DNA from: Saccharofermentans sp.
Lineage (GTDB): Bacteria > Bacillota > Clostridia > Saccharofermentanales > Saccharofermentanaceae
DNA length: 64,000 bases
NCBI GenBank assembly: GCA_045532275.1
Contig: JAZSFQ010000046.1
Coordinates: 56,138 to 120,137 of the forward strand
Direction: 5' to 3'
A program made the translations under genes and the position numbers. The notes below the pieces were generated by a model that saw only the letters and a program-made list of their open reading frames with translations, did not search any database and was not told where the DNA came from. This document shows, in pieces, positions 50,326 through 60,139 of the stretch; position 1 is the stretch's first letter, and every line of letters begins with the position of its first letter.

Positions 50326-52043
50326 ACGGCGCCTCCTTTGATCTGAAGGGAATTCATGTATCTGTAATTCTCAGATATCTTCAGCAGTTCATCGTGAGGC
50401 GCGACAGCCTCGATCTTTCCGTCATCCATCAGGATTATACGGTCACAGTTCATGCAGGTCCTTACTTTCTGTGAAATAAGGATTACAGTAGGTTTACCTG
50501 AAACGGAACTGAGGTTGCCGAGCAGCCTTTTCTCAGTTCCCCAATCCAATGCTGATGTGGAATCATCAAGGATAACAAGGCCCGGTTTTCCGGCAAGTGC
50601 CCTCGCTATACCTATTCTCTGTCTCTGACCGCCCGAAAGACCCGCGCCGCCGTCAGAGATCACATAATCAAGGCCCTCCTCTTTCGATGCGACAACATCG
50701 TCGCTGCAGGATAATCTGCATGCTTCGGTAATGTCATTATCAGATAAGGATGATCTTCCGACAATGATGTTATCTTTCAGTGAACCTTTGAAAAGTCTTG
50801 TTTTCTGTAGGCTCATACCTACCGAAGCAGCAAGGCTCGCATGAGATATCTCTCTGATATTGATACCGTCAAGCAGGACTTCTCCTTCACCGGCATCATA
50901 TATACCTGCGATTAATGAAGCGGCAGTAGACTTGCCGCAGCCGGTACTGCCTATGATGCCAATAGTCTCTCCTGGCTTTATATTTATCGAGAAATCCTTT
51001 ACCGATTCTTCGTTATTTCCCGGATAAGTAAAAGAAACACTTCTCATGGTAACTGCAACAGGCTTGGAACCGGCGAGTTCTTTCGTTCCGTTTCCGGCTG
51101 TGCTGACCACATCCATAAGGCCTTCAGCCCTCTTAATGCAGGCATAAGCCCTGGATACTGATACGATCAGATTGGCAAGTTTTACGAGCTCAATGAGTAT
51201 CTGTGACATATAGTTATAGAGCGCTACTACCTGACCGTCAGACAGATCACCGATATTGAAATGCACAGCTCCCCTGTATATCAGGAAACAGATGCCGAGA
51301 TTAACGACAGCATATGTAAGAGGATTCAGCCAGGCGGCAAAATCAGATGCCTTTATCTGGGCTTTTCTTAAAGAAATGCTCTTTGTCTCGAACTGCTCAT
51401 AATCACTTAAAGTCTTGTTAAAGCCCCGGATAACTCTCTCTCCGGCGATCCCGTTGGATGTTTTCTTTACAAGGCTGTCCAGGCCTTCCCTTGACTCTTT
51501 ATGACGCAGGATAGACAGCTTCATGTTAAGTGCGATAACAACTGCCATAAGAGCAGTGCACAAAACGAAAATCAATGCCATCGAAGGCTTTACTATCGCA
51601 GCCATGATGCATGCGCCGACTACAATAAAAGGCGATCTGAGGAGCAGTCTTAAGAAAAGATTAATACCGGTCTGGATCTGGTTAACATCTGAAGTGAGAA
51701 GAGTAACCATGCTTGACGATCCGATCTTCTCATAATCACTTACTGAAAGCGTCTGTAACTTATCGTGAAGGCTCTTTCTAATACCTGATGAGATACCGCA
51801 GGCAGAATAAGCTGCGAAATACTGTGCGGTGATCGCACTCGCGAAACCTACAACGGCAAAAAAGACCAGTATCGGAACGTGCGACCACACATAGTTCATG
51901 TCTGACTTTTTAATACCGTTATCAATAACACCTGCAACTATCAAGGGAACTGTTAATTCAAAGCATGCTTCAAGGAGCTTAAACACAGGGCTTAAGACCG
52001 AGGCAGCTCTATATTTGCCGATGTGATCTAAGATCAGTTTCAT
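50322..52043 (-). CDS. Heterodimeric ABC exporter subunit (TMD+NBD, degenerate Walker B)
   Basis: GSTGCGKST, LSGGQRQR, ILDDSTS and ISQK (Glu and His replaced), as in TM287/288-type pairs; ATGA overlap with its partner. Confidence 0.93.
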   Translation of the reverse strand: MKLILDHIGKYRAASVLSPVFKLLEACFELTVPLIVAGVIDNGIKKSDMNYVWSHVPILVFFAVVGFASAITAQYFAAYSACGISSGIRKSLHDKLQTLSVSDYEKIGSSSMVTLLTSDVNQIQTGINLFLRLLLRSPFIVVGACIMAAIVKPSMALIFVLCTALMAVVIALNMKLSILRHKESREGLDSLVKKTSNGIAGERVIRGFNKTLSDYEQFETKSISLRKAQIKASDFAAWLNPLTYAVVNLGICFLIYRGAVHFNIGDLSDGQVVALYNYMSQILIELVKLANLIVSVSRAYACIKRAEGLMDVVSTAGNGTKELAGSKPVAVTMRSVSFTYPGNNEESVKDFSINIKPGETIGIIGSTGCGKSTAASLIAGIYDAGEGEVLLDGINIREISHASLAASVGMSLQKTRLFKGSLKDNIIVGRSSLSDNDITEACRLSCSDDVVASKEEGLDYVISDGGAGLSGGQRQRIGIARALAGKPGLVILDDSTSALDWGTEKRLLGNLSSVSGKPTVILISQKVRTCMNCDRIILMDDGKIEAVAPHDELLKISENYRYMNSLQIKGGAV

Positions 52044-52048
52044 GGCTA

Positions 52049-53311
52049 TTATGCAAGATCCTTTTTCAGTTTATTGCATTCACGGAAGACTTCATCTATA
52101 TCGAGAGTCAGATATCTGCCGTCCTCATAAAGTATCTTTCCGTCGATCATGGTCATCTTTACGACAGAATTATCAGCACTATATATGATGTTTCTTACTA
52201 CATTGTTTTCAGGATGCATGGAGGGTTTATTCATATCGATCATGATGATATCTGCTTTCTTGCCCTGATCCAGTACATCAGAATCCTTAAGACCCAAGCA
52301 GAGCGCGCCGCCTGTCGTACCTGCCTTTAGGATCGTGAAAGGATCGACAGCAGCCGCATTATTGGTCTCAACATTTGAAAGGACCGTATCAAGATACATC
52401 TCACGGAACATCGACAATGCATTATTGGAACCTGCGCCGTCAGTACCGATGGCGATCTTCATGTCCTTTTCGATGAACTTATAAACAGGCGTAATACCGC
52501 TTGCAAGCTTTAAGTTAGAGCAGGCATTGAATACCGACCATAATCCCCTGCGCTTGAAGATATCCCTGTCCTCATCTGTAAACCAGACACAGTGGAATCC
52601 GCCTCCACCGTAATCAAATATACCGAGCTTATCGAATAAGACAGCAGGCGTAATGCCGTATCTTTCAATGCATCCGTCAACTTCGGCTTTTGTCTCGGAA
52701 ATATGAGTAAATACCGGTGCATCATATTTATGGGCAAGGTCTGAGATAAACTTAAGGTTATTCTCGCTTGTCGTATATTCAGCGTGGAAGCCCAAAACAA
52801 AAGACACTAAAGGATCATACCTGTTCAGCCTGTCATAGTATTCTTCGAGTTCTTCCAGTCCGCCGAAATCATTTGCGGCACCACAGAATACATGTCTGAA
52901 TCCGGTTTCAACTGCAGCCCTGGCATTTTCGTCTTTATGGAAGTACATATCAAAACAAGCCGTAATACCGCCTGAGAGATAATCAGCATAAGCAAGCTTG
53001 GAAAACCAGTATACATGCTCAGGTGTCAGCTTATCTTCTCTCGGGAAGATCGCTTTGAACAACCAGTCGTTAAGACAGTATTCATCTGCAAGCGATCTGG
53101 AGAATGTCATAGCCGAATGGGTATGGGCATTCTTAAGTCCCGGCATAAGAAGATTGCCTTTGCAGTCGATCTCGCGGTCAAACTTCTTATTACAGTTACT
53201 TACAGCCGGGCCGATATAACTGATACGGTCATTATCAGTCCACAATTCGCCTTCGATCAGGTTCTGATCCTTCATCGTGAGGATCCTTGCATTATAAAAA
53301 CGTACTGACAT
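52049..53311 (-). CDS. Amidohydrolase, MTA/SAH (nucleoside) deaminase family
   Basis: NAHTHS, HISET, FHCVW, GTDGAGSNN; start moved to MSVRFY. Confidence 0.85.
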   Translation of the reverse strand: MSVRFYNARILTMKDQNLIEGELWTDNDRISYIGPAVSNCNKKFDREIDCKGNLLMPGLKNAHTHSAMTFSRSLADEYCLNDWLFKAIFPREDKLTPEHVYWFSKLAYADYLSGGITACFDMYFHKDENARAAVETGFRHVFCGAANDFGGLEELEEYYDRLNRYDPLVSFVLGFHAEYTTSENNLKFISDLAHKYDAPVFTHISETKAEVDGCIERYGITPAVLFDKLGIFDYGGGGFHCVWFTDEDRDIFKRRGLWSVFNACSNLKLASGITPVYKFIEKDMKIAIGTDGAGSNNALSMFREMYLDTVLSNVETNNAAAVDPFTILKAGTTGGALCLGLKDSDVLDQGKKADIIMIDMNKPSMHPENNVVRNIIYSADNSVVKMTMIDGKILYEDGRYLTLDIDEVFRECNKLKKDLA

Positions 53312-53331
53312 AAGTTGATCCTTTCTTTCAG

Positions 53332-54891
53332 TTATAACAACGGGGCCCAGAGACGGAGGATGGATTTCAGGAACCATACGACAACATTGGGATTCTTACT
53401 GTATTGCTCTGTTACATCCCTGCTGATCTCGAAAGTATCCGTGAAATCCTTCCTGATATCAGGAAGACAGTCTGTCTTAAACATATATACAGCATTCTCG
53501 AAGTGGTGATAAAGGCTTCTGAAATCGAGATTGATGGTTCCCACCACAGCGCATTTATCATCGCAGAGACACGTTTTCGCATGGTTGAATCCCGGAGTGA
53601 ACTCATAGATCTTTACACCACACGTGACGAGCATATTGTAATAGGATCTTGTTACGTGATAAGTAAATTTCTTATCAGGAATGCCGGGAGTTATGATCCT
53701 TACGTCAACGCCTCTTTTTGAAGCTATCTGAAGAGCTCTGGCGAGCTCGTCGGTAAGGACGAGATACGGTGTCATGAACCAGCAGTAAGTCTGGGCGTTA
53801 TTGATCATGTTTATATAGACATTCTCACCTATAGGTTCGTTATCGAGCGGGCTGTCACAATAAGGAACGCAATATCCGCCTGCGCCGTTTACTTTAGGTA
53901 TATCAACAGGCTCGAACCGGAGCATGTCATCTTCCTTACGCTTTAAGTCAGCGAAGTTCCACATCTCCACAAACATGGCGGTCAGGCTCTGGACAGCAGG
54001 GCCCGTGAGTTTGATACCGTTATCCTTCCACTTTCCGAAAGGAGTAACGATGTCGAAATACTCGTCTGCAATATTGTATCCGCCGGTATATCCGACCTTA
54101 CCGTCAACAACCATTATCTTTCTGTGGTCACGGTTATTCATGAAAAGCGAGAGCACGGGATATGCGGGATTGAACGCATTGCACTTTATACCTTCTGATT
54201 CGAGAAGTTTAACGAATGACCTGCTGATAAAAGTGAAAGATCCCACGTCATCATATAAGACTCTGCAGTCGACGCCTGCGGCAACTCTCTCCTTCAGCGC
54301 TTCGTGAAGCGGCTCGAAAGCCTCTTTCGGCTCTATGGCATGATATTCGAGATAAACGAACTTCTCCGCCTTTTTGATCGCTTCTATCTGATCTTTATAG
54401 CAATCGTAAGCGACCGGAAAATACTTTATATCAGTACCTTCATATATCGGGAAATCATATCTTCTCAGATATCTTGCATTAGAAGCTCTGGCAGGATCTT
54501 CTTTTTTGAATTCATCAAAGATATCGTCATTGTAGTTCAAATGGCTGAACACCATGACATCAACCTTCTCAAGTCTTTTCGTAATCTTATGTTTCGAACT
54601 GCTGAAGTTATTTAGCGTATAAAACAACAGACCCGGAACAGGAAGTATCAGGATAACGATTACCCAGATAAGCTTAAATGCACCGTTATGGTCTCTGGCA
54701 TTGATACCCAAAGCTACGACCAAGGCCATAGCACGCACGGCAAAATCGATAGCCGGAAACCTGTTTCCGAGAACAATAAAAAGAACGATAAAACCTGCAA
54801 TCTGCACAAGCACAAACAAACCGAAGATAATTATTCTTCCGATGCTGTTCTTGATAGCAGTTTTACGTTCTACCGTTCTCTTATTAGACAT
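53332..54891 (-). CDS. cls: Cardiolipin synthase
   Basis: N-terminal TMs, two HKD motifs (RDHRKIMVVDG, HAKTCLCDD). Confidence 0.93.
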   Translation of the reverse strand: MSNKRTVERKTAIKNSIGRIIIFGLFVLVQIAGFIVLFIVLGNRFPAIDFAVRAMALVVALGINARDHNGAFKLIWVIVILILPVPGLLFYTLNNFSSSKHKITKRLEKVDVMVFSHLNYNDDIFDEFKKEDPARASNARYLRRYDFPIYEGTDIKYFPVAYDCYKDQIEAIKKAEKFVYLEYHAIEPKEAFEPLHEALKERVAAGVDCRVLYDDVGSFTFISRSFVKLLESEGIKCNAFNPAYPVLSLFMNNRDHRKIMVVDGKVGYTGGYNIADEYFDIVTPFGKWKDNGIKLTGPAVQSLTAMFVEMWNFADLKRKEDDMLRFEPVDIPKVNGAGGYCVPYCDSPLDNEPIGENVYINMINNAQTYCWFMTPYLVLTDELARALQIASKRGVDVRIITPGIPDKKFTYHVTRSYYNMLVTCGVKIYEFTPGFNHAKTCLCDDKCAVVGTINLDFRSLYHHFENAVYMFKTDCLPDIRKDFTDTFEISRDVTEQYSKNPNVVVWFLKSILRLWAPLL

Positions 54892-56327
54892 CAGCCAATA
54901 TTCTCGATAAATGCCTTATATCCCAGATAGAGATAATACAGATCGATCTTCGAAATAACCTCTACAGGAGCATGCATTGACCATACGGGAACACCCATAT
55001 CTACAACGTCCATACCGAGTTCAGCCATAACAGCGGCAATAGTTCCGCCACCGCCTGCATCGATGCGGCCGAGTTCGCCTGTCTGCCACGGGATCGAATT
55101 CTTCTCGAATATATCGGTTATCTCGGCAATAAAATCTCCGGTAGCTTCCGAACATCCGGATTTACCTCTCGCGCCGGTATACTTCTCAATCTTAAGGCCA
55201 TGTGACATGAATGCAGTGTTATTCTTCTCGAAAACACTAGAATACTTGGGATCGTATGCTGTAGTTACATCTGTCGAGAGCATCTTTGTGGCAGCGAGAG
55301 CCTTGCGGAACTTGAGTCCGTTGAACTTATCGATACTGCCTTCAGCCTTTGCGAAAACTTCCATAAGGAAATTCTCATAGAGATTGGAAGTTGCGCCGGA
55401 GTTGGAATAGGATCCGATCTCTTCCTTATCCGTCAGGAGGCATACGCATGTCTTCTTCGGCTTCTCCTGAGCAAGAAGCGCTCTTAATGCAGGATAAGCG
55501 CAGACTTTATCGTCATGGCCGTAAGCAGCGATATAAGCTCTGTCGAAACCTACGTCCCTTGCATGCGTAGCGGGAACTATCTCGATCTCAGCGGATACGA
55601 AATCTTTTTCCTTAATTCCGTACTGCTCAAAAAGCAGTTTAAGAACGCCTGCCTTGAATATCTCAGATGCCTTCTTGTCTTCTGTGCAGGGAATTCCGCC
55701 GATAATGACATTAAGATCTTCTGCGGGAATAAAATCAGATGCTTTCTTGGTCATCTGCTCATTACCGAGGTGCGGAAGAAGATCGGTAATATAGAATACC
55801 GGATCAGTTTCCTTCTCACCGACAACGATCTGATGAGCTTTACCGTCATTTGTAAAAACTACGCCGTGAACGCTTAACGGGATCGTTGTCCACTGATATT
55901 TCTTGATTCCGCCGTAATAATGTGTCTTGAAATATACGGTATCACTGTCCTCATAGATAGGATTGGGCTTAAGGTCAAGTCTGGGAGAATCGATATGTGC
56001 ACCGAGGATATTAAATCCTTCAGCAGGGCTCTTTTTACCGATAACTGCAGCAGCAAAACCTTTGCCCTTGATACTTCTGTATACTTTATCACCGGGCTTT
56101 AAGCTGTCCTTTGTGTCGATATCGACATAGCCCAGCTCCTCTGCTGCCTGAACGGCATTGGCTGCGAATTCGCGCTCGGTCTTTGAATTATCAAGGAATG
56201 CCTTATACTCTTCGGCAAATTCGAACGTTGCAGTCAGATCGTCTTCTGAGGCTGTCTCATAAAGGTTCGGATATTCAGCGAAAAGTTCGCTCGGTTTGAT
56301 CTTCTTTGTTTCTTTCTTTTTAGGCAT
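54891..56327 (-). CDS. M18 family aminopeptidase
   Basis: GAHIDSP, YGHDDK, DKEEIGS, GGGTIA, SMHAP. Confidence 0.92.
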   Translation of the reverse strand: MPKKKETKKIKPSELFAEYPNLYETASEDDLTATFEFAEEYKAFLDNSKTEREFAANAVQAAEELGYVDIDTKDSLKPGDKVYRSIKGKGFAAAVIGKKSPAEGFNILGAHIDSPRLDLKPNPIYEDSDTVYFKTHYYGGIKKYQWTTIPLSVHGVVFTNDGKAHQIVVGEKETDPVFYITDLLPHLGNEQMTKKASDFIPAEDLNVIIGGIPCTEDKKASEIFKAGVLKLLFEQYGIKEKDFVSAEIEIVPATHARDVGFDRAYIAAYGHDDKVCAYPALRALLAQEKPKKTCVCLLTDKEEIGSYSNSGATSNLYENFLMEVFAKAEGSIDKFNGLKFRKALAATKMLSTDVTTAYDPKYSSVFEKNNTAFMSHGLKIEKYTGARGKSGCSEATGDFIAEITDIFEKNSIPWQTGELGRIDAGGGGTIAAVMAELGMDVVDMGVPVWSMHAPVEVISKIDLYYLYLGYKAFIENIG

Positions 56328-56413
56328 AATATCACCTCTTTCTATGGCAATAATGATACCACAAAAGTTCTAAAATCTTTTAATTAATAAAAAGGCAATT
56401 TGTCCTGAATATC

Positions 56414-59227
56414 TTATTTCTTTACAAACCTGAATACATTACCCTTATCGTCATCAGACATGCCGCGGATATAATTCAGGTAGAGATCAGTAACATAATC
56501 GCCACGGCCAGAATCAGAGAGGCTCTGCAATGCGGTAACAGCCTCAGCTCGCCTGCCGAGCGAGAAGAGCCTTATGGCTTCCCTGAGTTCTCTGGTATTC
56601 GAAGAACGCTGTGTCTTTACATTTTCGGGCAGACAGTCAAGCACCTCATAAAGAGCCTCAACTTCATTTACGCCTGCGACCTGTACGATTCCAAGATACC
56701 GCAGAGTAAGAGAATCCGGATCATTCACACGGTCAAGAGTGCTCTTGGAGATTATCATCGCTGTCTTATACTGCTTGGTAAGAGATTCCAGTCTGGAACT
56801 CATGTTTACGGTCTCGGAGATGACGGTTCCGGATAGTCTCTCCTCCTCGCCTACGATACCGACCATAGCCATTCCGGTGTGAACGCCTATACCGATATTG
56901 ATATCGCTGACATTCAGTTCCCTGGCAGTCTCAGGATCGAGAACAATGGATTTATAAAGTTCTATACCGCATCTGACGGCATCATCAGCATGCTCGAAAA
57001 GGCCCATTACCGCATCGCCGATATACTTATCAACGAATCCGTTATTATTACGTACGATAGGGCCCATCTTGCCGTAAATGGTATTGGCAAAAGCGAAATT
57101 CTCTTTTGCGGTCATCATCTCGGAATTGATAGAGAAACCGCGGATATCACAGAACAGGACCGTCAGTTCGCAGCTCTTCGCATCTCCTAAAGCCAGATCC
57201 GTAAAGTTCTCCTTGCCAAGTAGCTCTCTGAACTTCTCGGGAACGAACTTATAATAGAACTTCTCAGTCTCATCCTTCTCATCGAAGAGCTTCTCGAGGT
57301 TCTGACCCATCTCGTCGACCTCAGAGCAGATCATTCCCAATTCATCCTTTGACTTGTAATTGACTCTGGCAGACAGATCACCGTTCGAGATCTTCTTTAC
57401 TGTAGCAGAAGCTTTTTTGATGACCCTGATGGTATTAAGCGAAGTCAGGACGATAAGTAACGTAAGAGTAAAAATGATAAGAAAACCGAATATTATAGCT
57501 TCACCGAGCAGATCCTGACGCTGTATATAGAAAGATCTGCTGTCAGAAGTAACCATAAGATAATATCTTCCCGAATCGTCTTTATCTGAGATCTTACGGA
57601 GAACAGAGATACGGCTGTCCATATTATCATCGACGAAATCTCTTACATGGCTCTTAAGATAACTGCCGCCTTCAGAATCCTCAAGCTTCGCGAAACCTTC
57701 AAACTCGCGGACATAGAACGGCATATATAAAGCATCATCTCCGGCAATCGTGATAATATCATCATCTTCATTTCTGTAAATTAACGAGAATACAAAGCCC
57801 TCGCTCCAGTCATTGCCGTGGACATTGCCTAATGTATCAAACTTTTCCTGAAGTCTCCTGTATGCGGCTCCGGTCTGTTCATCAGCAACAGTAAGATCAG
57901 AGAAATCATAACCGTTAAATTCAGAGTTGGCGAGATCACAGACAATGGTAAGCTCTCTGTCAACGTTCAGTTCGATATTTACGTCGGATTTAATATATAC
58001 AACATATCCGACACCGGCTGTAAGAACTATGATTATCGGTAGTATGATAATAAGCTGCTTATATAACAAAGTCTTTTTTCTTATTATCAGATTAATGCCT
58101 AAGGCAACAGCCGAAAGAGTTACCGCTATCTCAAGGAAACGCTCCAGATACATAAGGAATGTAGGGTCGAACCTTAATACCAGTTCCTGATCTTTAAGTC
58201 CCGCACCGTCATAAGTCAGCACAGCATTATCAAGGCAGATAACAAGGTTTTCTTTACCGCCGGTTATGTATGAATCAAGTGAAACGATATAAGAATAATC
58301 GCTGTCTATATCAAATGCTCTTTGAAGCTCTTTATTCTCAAGGATATAAACGGTACTCCGGTTATTGCTGTCCGCAACATAAATCTTCCCGTCCGCTATT
58401 GCAGCGAGATCGAAATACGGATTCTCATCATTTCCGTCCTCACTTACCGTGAAATGATAGATACTCTCGCCTAAAGGCTCATTAAATCCAGTTAAATATA
58501 CGTTTCCGTCGCTTCTTAAGAAAAGGAATCCACCGTCAACCGGAATTACAGATGCTGTAAATGTACCCTCCTGATCCGTAGTATAAAGATCGCTCTCAGT
58601 AAGGGCCTGGCTGCCTGTATCAAGAGAATAGAGCCTGACTCCGTCCTGATCTGAAACTGCAAAAGTTACTGCACCGTCATAATAATGCAGACGGCTTAAC
58701 TTTGACTGTCTCAATCTTTCAGCTACATCATAATCAAATCCGCAGACTTCTCCGATATAACCGTATTTATCCGTGATCCTTACGATCGTCTCATTCGTGA
58801 TTATCGAGCTCTCTTCGTTATATTCGCGCCTGATCGCATAGATGACATTATCATCAGTGATCACGGCATTATCGGGCGTAAAATAATCATCACCGAAAGC
58901 ATCAATAATGACCTCGTTCATATTGGTATATGTCTTATCACGGGTATCAAGATTAATGACCGCTGCGATTCCCTCGACATTATCCGTACTGGTGACCAGC
59001 ATATCTCCGTTATCGTTTATTGTAAAACCGTCCGCATCCACAAGTTCAAAATACTTAAGGAATGAATCACTGTCTTCGTCACGGAGGCCCTGGACATAAG
59101 GCCATGTACCCTGAAAGATGAGCGGGATCGATACCAGAGAAACTGTTACGCACAAAGAGATCAGGTACCACCTGGCTTTTCCGAATATCTTAAAGAAAAT
59201 GTCTTTTACCTTCTTAAAAAACTTCAT
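56414..59227 (-). CDS. Membrane-bound class III adenylate/guanylate cyclase with HAMP and large sensor domains
   Basis: LFCDIRGFS, DKYIGDAVM, IGVHTG, VNMSSRLE; HAMP (GDLSARV...DELG); four predicted TMs. Confidence 0.9.
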   Translation of the reverse strand: MKFFKKVKDIFFKIFGKARWYLISLCVTVSLVSIPLIFQGTWPYVQGLRDEDSDSFLKYFELVDADGFTINDNGDMLVTSTDNVEGIAAVINLDTRDKTYTNMNEVIIDAFGDDYFTPDNAVITDDNVIYAIRREYNEESSIITNETIVRITDKYGYIGEVCGFDYDVAERLRQSKLSRLHYYDGAVTFAVSDQDGVRLYSLDTGSQALTESDLYTTDQEGTFTASVIPVDGGFLFLRSDGNVYLTGFNEPLGESIYHFTVSEDGNDENPYFDLAAIADGKIYVADSNNRSTVYILENKELQRAFDIDSDYSYIVSLDSYITGGKENLVICLDNAVLTYDGAGLKDQELVLRFDPTFLMYLERFLEIAVTLSAVALGINLIIRKKTLLYKQLIIILPIIIVLTAGVGYVVYIKSDVNIELNVDRELTIVCDLANSEFNGYDFSDLTVADEQTGAAYRRLQEKFDTLGNVHGNDWSEGFVFSLIYRNEDDDIITIAGDDALYMPFYVREFEGFAKLEDSEGGSYLKSHVRDFVDDNMDSRISVLRKISDKDDSGRYYLMVTSDSRSFYIQRQDLLGEAIIFGFLIIFTLTLLIVLTSLNTIRVIKKASATVKKISNGDLSARVNYKSKDELGMICSEVDEMGQNLEKLFDEKDETEKFYYKFVPEKFRELLGKENFTDLALGDAKSCELTVLFCDIRGFSINSEMMTAKENFAFANTIYGKMGPIVRNNNGFVDKYIGDAVMGLFEHADDAVRCGIELYKSIVLDPETARELNVSDINIGIGVHTGMAMVGIVGEEERLSGTVISETVNMSSRLESLTKQYKTAMIISKSTLDRVNDPDSLTLRYLGIVQVAGVNEVEALYEVLDCLPENVKTQRSSNTRELREAIRLFSLGRRAEAVTALQSLSDSGRGDYVTDLYLNYIRGMSDDDKGNVFRFVKK

Positions 59228-59319
59228 ACACAATCACCCGTACCAAAAGGAATCATTTAAATCTCGCGAACTTATGATACCATTAAATCCGGATAATTCA
59301 TTTCGTAAAGAGGACATTT

Positions 59320-60135
59320 ATGGTAACTGATGCACATAACCATACAAAACATTTTTCTGTCGATGCAGGACAAACCATAGACGAGCTCATTCTACAGGCC
59401 CGTTCTTTGGGCTTTAAGCGCATCGGGATTACCGAACACTACGAAGTGGATTATCCGGATGACGGTCTTGACTGGACTTTTAACCTGAATGAATACTTCA
59501 AAGCTTTCGGAGAATGGCGGGAAAAAGCTGCTCCTGATCTCGAACTCCTCATGGGCATTGAATTCGGATACCAGACCCATGTTGCAGCTGAGATCGACAC
59601 TCTCGCCTCGCAGATACCTTTTGACGAAGTGCTCCTCAGCGTCCATCTGTTCAGAGGAACAGACTTTTACGTTGACAGGGAATGCTATACGCTACCCAAA
59701 GAGGATCTTCACAAGGAATATATCGGCACGATGGCAGAGATGTGCGAGAAATGCAATAACTACGACATCGCGGCCCACTATGACTATATCAACAGATATA
59801 CGGATAATCTGAACAGTTTTGTCATGTATGAAGACTGTCCCGATGAATTTGACAGGTTATTCGAAGCTCTGATATCCAAGGAAAAAGCGCTGGAGATAAA
59901 TACCAAATCGATCCAGAAACATAAAGAAAGAGGCTTTTCAAGGACTCTCCCCGACCCTGTTATCCTAAACAGATACAGGGATATGGGCGGCAAACTGATA
60001 ACTTTAGGTTCAGATTCTCACTTCCCCGGAACATTCGCAGTTTGCTTCGATGAAGCAGTAGAATATCTGAAGTCGATGGGATTCAAAGAAACCGTCTATT
60101 TTAAGGATCATAAGCCGTATTTCGAATCACTCTGA
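59320..60135 (+). CDS. PHP-family phosphatase (HisJ/HisK histidinol-phosphatase type)
   Basis: DAHNHT, TEH, GIEFG, SVH, AHYDY, LEINT, GSDSH. Confidence 0.88.
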   Translation: MVTDAHNHTKHFSVDAGQTIDELILQARSLGFKRIGITEHYEVDYPDDGLDWTFNLNEYFKAFGEWREKAAPDLELLMGIEFGYQTHVAAEIDTLASQIPFDEVLLSVHLFRGTDFYVDRECYTLPKEDLHKEYIGTMAEMCEKCNNYDIAAHYDYINRYTDNLNSFVMYEDCPDEFDRLFEALISKEKALEINTKSIQKHKERGFSRTLPDPVILNRYRDMGGKLITLGSDSHFPGTFAVCFDEAVEYLKSMGFKETVYFKDHKPYFESL

Positions 60136-60139
60136 TTTA

